Below are positions 25,828 to 32,356 of a DNA stretch of 64,000 bases, in pieces. Below the pieces are notes generated by a model. It was not told the origin of the DNA, did no database searches, and saw only the letters and a list, made by a program, of their open reading frames with translations. Made by a program: the position numbers and the translations under genes. This DNA is from an uncultured bacterium. GTDB taxonomy: Bacteria; Verrucomicrobiota; Kiritimatiellia; RFP12; UBA1067. Position 1 is the stretch's first letter, and every line of letters begins with the position of its first letter. The stretch is taken from the NCBI GenBank assembly GCA_902799385.1, contig CADCAK010000003.1:27888-91887 (forward strand), read 5' to 3'.

Positions 25828-26322
25828 ATGGACGAGGTTGAACAGAATACCACAGAAAATGCTGCTGAACCACAAGCGAAACAGAGTCAAGGTGTTGAAC
25901 TGTTCTTGATAAAAACGCTTATAAAGATTGCATGTTTTTTTGTCATTATACTTGGCGTAATCTGGTGGTATACAGGTGATAATCTTATAACAAATCCACC
26001 CATAACCATTGCAGCGAGGTGCGGCATTCTCAGCGATTGTGTGTTGCAGGTCATCAACGATTCCTCATCCCGAACGCTTGAAGTTAGTGTCCTGTTTCGA
26101 AATGGCGACAAAAAGTCCTCCTTAAGGGGACAGACGCTAACACCTGGAGAAAAGGCGGAATTTGGCATGCTAGAAATGATTGATTGGCGACCAAAGAAGG
26201 GCGATGAGGTGTTGGTGCGCGTTGCTGGATATGCGAGAGGCGCACGTGTCAAGTTTCTTGAGAACGAAACTTTCACAGTCACTTTTGAGTATATGAACTA
26301 TTTCATATTTAATGATCCATGA
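25828..26322 (+). CDS. small single-TM protein, markedly low GC
   Basis: TM helix IACFFVIILGVIWWY is followed by a beta-rich domain. The start is ambiguous between 25762 and 25828. The stop overlaps the K3 ATG. Confidence 0.45.
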   Translation: MDEVEQNTTENAAEPQAKQSQGVELFLIKTLIKIACFFVIILGVIWWYTGDNLITNPPITIAARCGILSDCVLQVINDSSSRTLEVSVLFRNGDKKSSLRGQTLTPGEKAEFGMLEMIDWRPKKGDEVLVRVAGYARGARVKFLENETFTVTFEYMNYFIFNDP

Positions 26323-28700
26323 CCTACGACACCATAGACAACGATGTGACGATGGCCGGGGGCGCGGAGGGCGCGCTCCTCGCGAATCGCTATCGCATCG
26401 TCCGCCAGCTTGGACAGGGCGGGAGGGGGTCGGTGTGGCTCGCCGAGGACACGCAACTCGACAACAAGCAGTTTGCCATCAAGATGCTGCCGAGCATCTT
26501 GGTGAGCAACAAGCGCGCGTATCGCCAGCTCAAGGACGAAGCGCTTGTCGCGATGCAGCTTGTGCATCCCAACATAGTGCAGATACGCGCGTTCGAGGAG
26601 AACAACGGCAATCCGTTCCTTGTGATGGACTACATCGAGGGGCAGACGCTTGACGACTTTTTGGCAGAGAAGGGCAAGCTGAGCGAAGACGAAACTGCAA
26701 GGCTGCTGAAGCCCATCGCTGCCGCGTTGGATTATGCCCATGACAAGGGAATAGTCCATAGGGATGTGAAGCCTGGCAACGTGATGGTTGGCAAGGATGG
26801 CACGCCGTTCATTCTTGATTTTGGCATCGCCCGCGAGATCCAGGAGACAATGACGCGAGTGACGGGCAAGCTCTCCAGTGGTACACTGCTCTATATGTCG
26901 CCGGAGCAACTGAATGGTGACAAGCCTGCTCCTGCGCAAGACATTTACTCTCTTGCGGCAATGGCCTACGAATGTCTTAAAGGCGAGCCGCCGTTTGCCC
27001 GTGGTGCAATTGAAGACCAGATAAAGAACAAGAAGCCGCCGCCGCTCGCAGGGGTGAACGCTCATCTCGCCAATTTCTACGCATCCGTCATGGCCGGTCT
27101 TGCGAAGCGACCGGAGGACCGACCGTCTACCTGTGTGGCAGTGCTAGCTGCGAATGTCGTTCGCGGAGGTGCAGATGTGCGGAGTCCGGTTGCGCATAGG
27201 ACTGTAAATGCGTGGAAGGCTGTCGGAGTTTTCGGGCTTCTCGTTGCACTCGGCGCGGGCGGTTACTACGGATGGACGAAGCACGACGAAGGCGTCAAGA
27301 AGCCGGATTCCGAGTTGCTTCGCGCGAAGAAGGAACGCATTGCGCAGATAAAGGTTGAGAAAGAAGCTGTCGAGGCAGAGATGTGCAGTGCCGAGAACGA
27401 GAGGGCGAAGGAGGGGGAAGAGCTTGCAGAGGAGCGTGCAAAAGACGCCACGGAGAAGAGCAAGCCGGGGCAGGCGGCAGAAGGCGGAGAACCTTCTCGG
27501 TCTGAGCAAGAGTTGCGGACGGCGGCGTCGCCAATGCCTGAGCCGCCGAAACAGGATGAAGAGCCGAAACAAGAGATAATACAAAAGCGCGCTCCTGACG
27601 CAGAGGCGAAGCCCGAGCCGCTGCCGGTAATGGCGACGACGAATGTCCTGTCGGCAGGCTCCAAGCCAAGAATAGAGACTGTTTCCGCCATGAATCTGGA
27701 GTCGATAGATACGCGTCTATTCAAGGGCGGGGAATGTTATCGTGTGGAATTAGCAGGAAATGTTGCATTTGACATGGTGTGGTGTCCCTCGGGGACGTTC
27801 GTGATGGGAAGCCCTGCGAGCGAATGTGACCGGAGGGAAAACGAGTCGCAGTACAGAGTTTCAATAGACCAGGGTTTCTGGATTGGGCGTTATGAGGTTT
27901 CTCAAGGATTGTGGTTGCACGTCATGGGCGAGAACCCGTCGCGCATGCGGAGCCCAGAAAATGCCTTCGATCTTCCGGTGGATACTGTGTCGCGCGACAG
28001 CGCTATTGCGTTCCTCAGTCGGCTGAACGCAGAGGCGGGAACAAGCCATTTCCGTTTGCCGACAGAGGCCGAATGGGAATACGCCTGCAGGGCGGGTACA
28101 TCAAGTGCATATTGCTTCGGTGACGTTGCCACGTCTGCGGACATGCAGGTCAAGGGGTCGCGGCTTGACGGCGGACAGGTTCGCTCGGGAACCTATAGGG
28201 CGAATGCATGGGGAATTTGCGACATGCACGGAAATCTTGCGGAATGGTGCGAAGACCGGTACGTGCCGGAATATGGTTCGAAATCCGGATGGCGCAACCT
28301 GGGGTATGTGCTGCGTGGTGGAAGTTGGCAAGGGCGCGTGTCGGACGCGCGATCTGCCGTGCGCTACAACCAAAAAGGGAACAAGCGGTCTGCCGCATTT
28401 GGTTTACGTCTGTGTTTTTCGTCGAAGCACGCAGACAGGACAGGCGACGACTGGAGTGTCGCCGAGACCACGCGGGAAGCGCTCAATGCGTTTGCGGCGG
28501 GCAACTGGTCATTGGGTTTCTCGCTTTCGGAACGGGCGGACAAGGATAATCCAGACATTCAGCGTTGGCTAGGAAAGTGCTACGATCCTCTCGTGGACAC
28601 GCCTGGATTCCGCATCTCTAAGGACTTGTTTCGGGCAAACGACCACTACAGGCGAGCCGAGGAGCTTTCAACCCAAAAGAAAGGAAGCAAAGAAAAATGA
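26319..28700 (+). CDS. Ser/Thr protein kinase fused to an extracytoplasmic FGE-sulfatase-type domain (K3)
   Basis: A kinase domain and a TM helix (VGVFGLLVALGAGGYYGW) are present. The C-terminal domain has RLPTEAEWEYACRAGT, HGNLAEWCEDRY and VLRGGSW motifs of the formylglycine-generating-enzyme fold. Confidence 0.9.
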   Translation: MTYDTIDNDVTMAGGAEGALLANRYRIVRQLGQGGRGSVWLAEDTQLDNKQFAIKMLPSILVSNKRAYRQLKDEALVAMQLVHPNIVQIRAFEENNGNPFLVMDYIEGQTLDDFLAEKGKLSEDETARLLKPIAAALDYAHDKGIVHRDVKPGNVMVGKDGTPFILDFGIAREIQETMTRVTGKLSSGTLLYMSPEQLNGDKPAPAQDIYSLAAMAYECLKGEPPFARGAIEDQIKNKKPPPLAGVNAHLANFYASVMAGLAKRPEDRPSTCVAVLAANVVRGGADVRSPVAHRTVNAWKAVGVFGLLVALGAGGYYGWTKHDEGVKKPDSELLRAKKERIAQIKVEKEAVEAEMCSAENERAKEGEELAEERAKDATEKSKPGQAAEGGEPSRSEQELRTAASPMPEPPKQDEEPKQEIIQKRAPDAEAKPEPLPVMATTNVLSAGSKPRIETVSAMNLESIDTRLFKGGECYRVELAGNVAFDMVWCPSGTFVMGSPASECDRRENESQYRVSIDQGFWIGRYEVSQGLWLHVMGENPSRMRSPENAFDLPVDTVSRDSAIAFLSRLNAEAGTSHFRLPTEAEWEYACRAGTSSAYCFGDVATSADMQVKGSRLDGGQVRSGTYRANAWGICDMHGNLAEWCEDRYVPEYGSKSGWRNLGYVLRGGSWQGRVSDARSAVRYNQKGNKRSAAFGLRLCFSSKHADRTGDDWSVAETTREALNAFAAGNWSLGFSLSERADKDNPDIQRWLGKCYDPLVDTPGFRISKDLFRANDHYRRAEELSTQKKGSKEK

Positions 28701-29821
28701 ACACGACAAAACTTAAATACCTGGCCGCGGGCGCCGTTCTGGTGGCCGGCTGCGTGAGCAGCGACGTGAGCAGCGGACGGCGTGTGGATCTAGACGACGA
28801 GACCGTCGACGGCGGCATCTCGTCATCGGATATACGAACTGTCGCCTCGAAGATGGGGCCGGCGATTCTTTCGGTCCCAGAAGTCGCCGACGGACAGCCG
28901 CCGGTACGCATAAAGATCGCGGATGTGAAGAACTCGTCGCGCTTTTTCATAGACGCCGACATCTTCGCCAAGAACCTGCGAGTCGAGCTTAACCGCTACG
29001 GGAACGGCCAGGTGAGGTTTCTCGACAAGAACGCGAACACGCAGACGGCGCGGGCCAGTGTGCTAAAGGACAAACAGGAAGAAGACCTTCGCCGCGACAT
29101 TCGGGAACTCGGACGAGAAATGGGGGGGATCGCGCTTTTCCAGAATGCCGCCAATCCTGTCAAGATCGCCGTCATCCCGGTTCTGAACGCAAACCTCGTC
29201 AACATGAATGCCGACAGTTTCACTGCGATGCTTAGAAGCGAGATTCTGAATGCGTCAGGCGGGAAAGTACAGTTCCTCATGCCTGGACACACTGAAGGGG
29301 CGGACTATTGGCTTACAGGGCAGTTCTATCCTGAAAGCCTTAAGAAAGAAGGCATAATCAACCTTGCGGAATACATAGATGTCGTGGACGAAAGAATCAA
29401 GGCCGGCAAGTCGCTCTACCTTGATCCTCCGTCCACTACGACTGTGACGCCTAGTTCGGTTGTCATGACGACTGAGCCTACAATGCGCGAAAGTGCTCTT
29501 GTGGATATGCTTCGTTCGCCTGCGATGCAGGCCAATCCTAATGTCAACAAGCGGTTGAACGTAATGATCGTGAAGCCCGACGACAAATTGTGCGTTTATG
29601 AAAAGACGGCGCTTCTTGACCGTCGTATCAGCGATAATTCAGGCAAGGCCGCTCTGATTCTTTCCTGCGAGATATCTGGGTTGAGCCAGGCTCTAAACGG
29701 CACTAAGTCCGACTATCTCATGATCACCATGCAGCTCGTCGATCCGGAATCGAACGAGGTTGTCTGGGAAGACGCATACGAGGTCAAGCGCGTCTCGCGC
29801 GCCGGCATTGTGTATAGGTAA
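28697..29821 (+). CDS. LpoB-like (COG3417-type) lipoprotein
   Basis: The ATG overlaps the K3 stop and lipobox LVAGC is present. GISSSDIRTVASKM...VRIKIADVKNSSRFFIDADIFAKNLRVELNRYG and the terminal MQLVDPESNEVVWE are present. Confidence 0.65.
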   Translation: MNTTKLKYLAAGAVLVAGCVSSDVSSGRRVDLDDETVDGGISSSDIRTVASKMGPAILSVPEVADGQPPVRIKIADVKNSSRFFIDADIFAKNLRVELNRYGNGQVRFLDKNANTQTARASVLKDKQEEDLRRDIRELGREMGGIALFQNAANPVKIAVIPVLNANLVNMNADSFTAMLRSEILNASGGKVQFLMPGHTEGADYWLTGQFYPESLKKEGIINLAEYIDVVDERIKAGKSLYLDPPSTTTVTPSSVVMTTEPTMRESALVDMLRSPAMQANPNVNKRLNVMIVKPDDKLCVYEKTALLDRRISDNSGKAALILSCEISGLSQALNGTKSDYLMITMQLVDPESNEVVWEDAYEVKRVSRAGIVYR

Positions 29822-29844
29822 TGTTTAAAAGAAAGGATAACGAC

Positions 29845-30324
29845 ATGAACCGTATTGCATTTTTTGGCTTTATTGCCGGGATTTCTCTGCTTGCCGCGGC
29901 CGGTTGCTATTCCGTGAAGGCAGTCGACAGGGTCTCCGGCGAGGATCTTATTACTGAAGGCAGCGTCGTCTTTGCACGTGCAGGGCAGTACACGCTCTGG
30001 TTTGGATCGCATTCGCCACGCGAATATTTTGAGGTTGTGTACGAGCGGTTTTCGCATAATGACGCAGGAATGCCTGTCGTTGAAATAGGCATAAGATACC
30101 GTGGTGGAGTGTCTTGGACGGACTGGTACCGCAATGTGCCGCAGACGGTTACACTCGGGGCTAAGTGCAACTTCTATGACACCCCGTCCGCGCAGGCGGG
30201 TGGCCCTGTCATCTATTCAACCAATCGGGAGAGGCTCGTATTCCAGAGAGGCAACACCTACGCTTACAAGGCAGTATGTCCCGTCCGCTCGGCAAAAGGC
30301 TATCAGCTCGTTCTGGGAGAGTGA
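29845..30324 (+). CDS. small lipoprotein, YcfL/DUF1425-like
   Basis: Lipobox AAAGC is present. Its size and beta-rich pattern fit, and its position between an LpoB-like and a COG3014-like gene matches the known three-lipoprotein arrangement. An alternative start exists at 29821. Confidence 0.4.
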   Translation: MNRIAFFGFIAGISLLAAAGCYSVKAVDRVSGEDLITEGSVVFARAGQYTLWFGSHSPREYFEVVYERFSHNDAGMPVVEIGIRYRGGVSWTDWYRNVPQTVTLGAKCNFYDTPSAQAGGPVIYSTNRERLVFQRGNTYAYKAVCPVRSAKGYQLVLGE

Positions 30325-30326
30325 GG

Positions 30327-31721
30327 ATGACACGCATGTCCTTTTTGCGCATTGGCTTTGCCATGCAATTGGCCGCTGCATGTGGATGCGCGACTTACAC
30401 TAGTCCGTTCGTCCACAAGACAGAGGATGAGCTAGACGCGATGGAGTGTCTTGACGAGGCGGCTGCGAGGTGCTTTGCGGCTGGTAATTATGCTGCCGCA
30501 GACAGTACGCTTCTCTCTCTGACGTCTGAGCCGACGGTGAGCCGCCCGCTCTACGAACTCGAGCGCGTGAACGTGCTCTTGCATCAGGAACGGCGGAAGG
30601 AGGCTCACGAGCTGATGATGAAGGTCTGCAGAGACTTTGATCTTCTGTTCGACGAGCGTTCGGAGAAAGAGGCGGTTTCGCTTTGGCACGGCGAGAACGA
30701 GAAGGTGTACAAGGGCGACGCCCACGAACGCGCGACCTTGTACGCCTTTCTCGCGCTCTCGTTCATGGAACAGGGCGAGTGGGACGATGCCGAGCGAAGT
30801 GTTAAGAACGGGCTTCTGGCCGATTCCGCAAACACCAAGGAGGCAAAATACAATTCCGACTACGCGCTTCTCCAGTATCTTGGATACGTGGCTTGCATGA
30901 AGTCTGGCCGCGCCTCTGCCGCCGAAGGATACATGCGCGAAATGGGCACTACGCTTGGCGTCGACAGCGCGACACTTGACGTTTTGTCGAAGTCGCCGCT
31001 GCCAAATGCGTTTGCGGTCGTGTGGGCGGGTACACCGCCAACGTACGCGCGCGGCGGGGAATATAGCCATATCCGACATGTAATTCCTGGTACGAAAAGC
31101 CCATTTTCATATTTGTCTGCCGATGCTGGCGACGGTGTTGAGATCCTCGTGCCGACGGGGCTTGCCGACATTAACTTCCAGGCGACAACGCGTGGCGGGC
31201 GCGAAATGGATACCGTGCTGAACAACAAGGCCGCAGTGAAAACGGGCATGTCCGCATCTGGAAACATACTGTTGATTGCCGGATACGCCTGTTTCGCCTC
31301 AATGGGTAGTGACGCCAAGGCCGACATAGTGCTTGGCTGCGTTGGCGGAGGCTGCATGTTGCTTGGCTGCACCTTCCATATCGTCGGCGCTTGCATCAAC
31401 TCGACGGCGGATATACGCTGCTGGAAGAACCTGCCGGGTGAACTGTTGGTCGTGCCGATGGTCCTGCCTGAGGGCGAGCGAACAGTTGCCGTCAGGGGGT
31501 ATATGCAGCGCGACAACGTTGTACGCACGGAGAAAAGTGTGACGGTCGGGCCTAATGCAGTGGCGACAGCGCATTTGTCGCTCATGCCTTATTCTACAAT
31601 TGTATCGCCGTCAACTGAAATTATCAAAAGGGGCGTTGCCGTTTCCGCGGGCGCATTGGCCCCAGTTTCAAGTTCGCTGCCCGCAGAGATAACACCAATT
31701 GAAGAGGGAGATCAGAAATGA
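30327..31721 (+). CDS. large lipoprotein, COG3014-like (paralogue of 21871-23331)
   Basis: ATG 30327 follows the upstream stop. A signal peptide with AAACGC is present. See the shared blocks with 21871-23331. Confidence 0.55.
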   Translation: MTRMSFLRIGFAMQLAAACGCATYTSPFVHKTEDELDAMECLDEAAARCFAAGNYAAADSTLLSLTSEPTVSRPLYELERVNVLLHQERRKEAHELMMKVCRDFDLLFDERSEKEAVSLWHGENEKVYKGDAHERATLYAFLALSFMEQGEWDDAERSVKNGLLADSANTKEAKYNSDYALLQYLGYVACMKSGRASAAEGYMREMGTTLGVDSATLDVLSKSPLPNAFAVVWAGTPPTYARGGEYSHIRHVIPGTKSPFSYLSADAGDGVEILVPTGLADINFQATTRGGREMDTVLNNKAAVKTGMSASGNILLIAGYACFASMGSDAKADIVLGCVGGGCMLLGCTFHIVGACINSTADIRCWKNLPGELLVVPMVLPEGERTVAVRGYMQRDNVVRTEKSVTVGPNAVATAHLSLMPYSTIVSPSTEIIKRGVAVSAGALAPVSSSLPAEITPIEEGDQK

Positions 31722-32299
31722 AGGTCTTTGTCGTTCCGCTTCTTGCAGCCTTGGCCGTCATTGGCGTCGGTTGCGCCGCCAATCGTCCGCAACAGACATC
31801 GGTTCCACCCCCTCCGCCGGAACCGCCGCTGTCCGAGATTCCAGCATATCCCGAATTGCAGAAGTCGTACGACGTGTCTGCCAAGGTATGCGTGTACCCA
31901 ACGCTTTGGATAGCGAAGCCGATTGCCGACGGCTTGGTCAACGCGGGATACACAGTGCTCCCCCTGATCCCGCCCCTGGCGGATGTCAAGGTCGAGAATC
32001 CGGATTTTATAGTCGAACCATTGTCGTTTAAGCATACGACAGAGTTGCGTAATGACGAGCTGTGGCTCTTTACGCGCATCACATTGCAAGTTCGCCGACC
32101 CTTGCGCGTAGTAGCTGCGGAGACGCAAATTGGACCGCAGGCGCAGCCGCGCATTTTTCAGGTATATGCGAAAAGAAGCCTCGGCAATGTGTCAACGGCT
32201 TCCGAGTCGGAGTATCGCGCCAATGTCGAAGATGCAGTCGGCAATCTTTTGAGGGTTGCGCCGTTTCGCGATTCGCTTGTGCCTTGCCGGGGTGGCTGA
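31718..32299 (+). CDS. secreted/lipoprotein, unknown family
   Basis: The ATG overlaps the upstream stop. The signal peptide ends in IGVGC. Confidence 0.5.
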   Translation: MKVFVVPLLAALAVIGVGCAANRPQQTSVPPPPPEPPLSEIPAYPELQKSYDVSAKVCVYPTLWIAKPIADGLVNAGYTVLPLIPPLADVKVENPDFIVEPLSFKHTTELRNDELWLFTRITLQVRRPLRVVAAETQIGPQAQPRIFQVYAKRSLGNVSTASESEYRANVEDAVGNLLRVAPFRDSLVPCRGG

Positions 32300-32356
32300 G
32301 GCGCTTGTGGCGGTTTGGCAGTAAGCCCATAGGCGCAACAGTGGTAATTGCGATTT

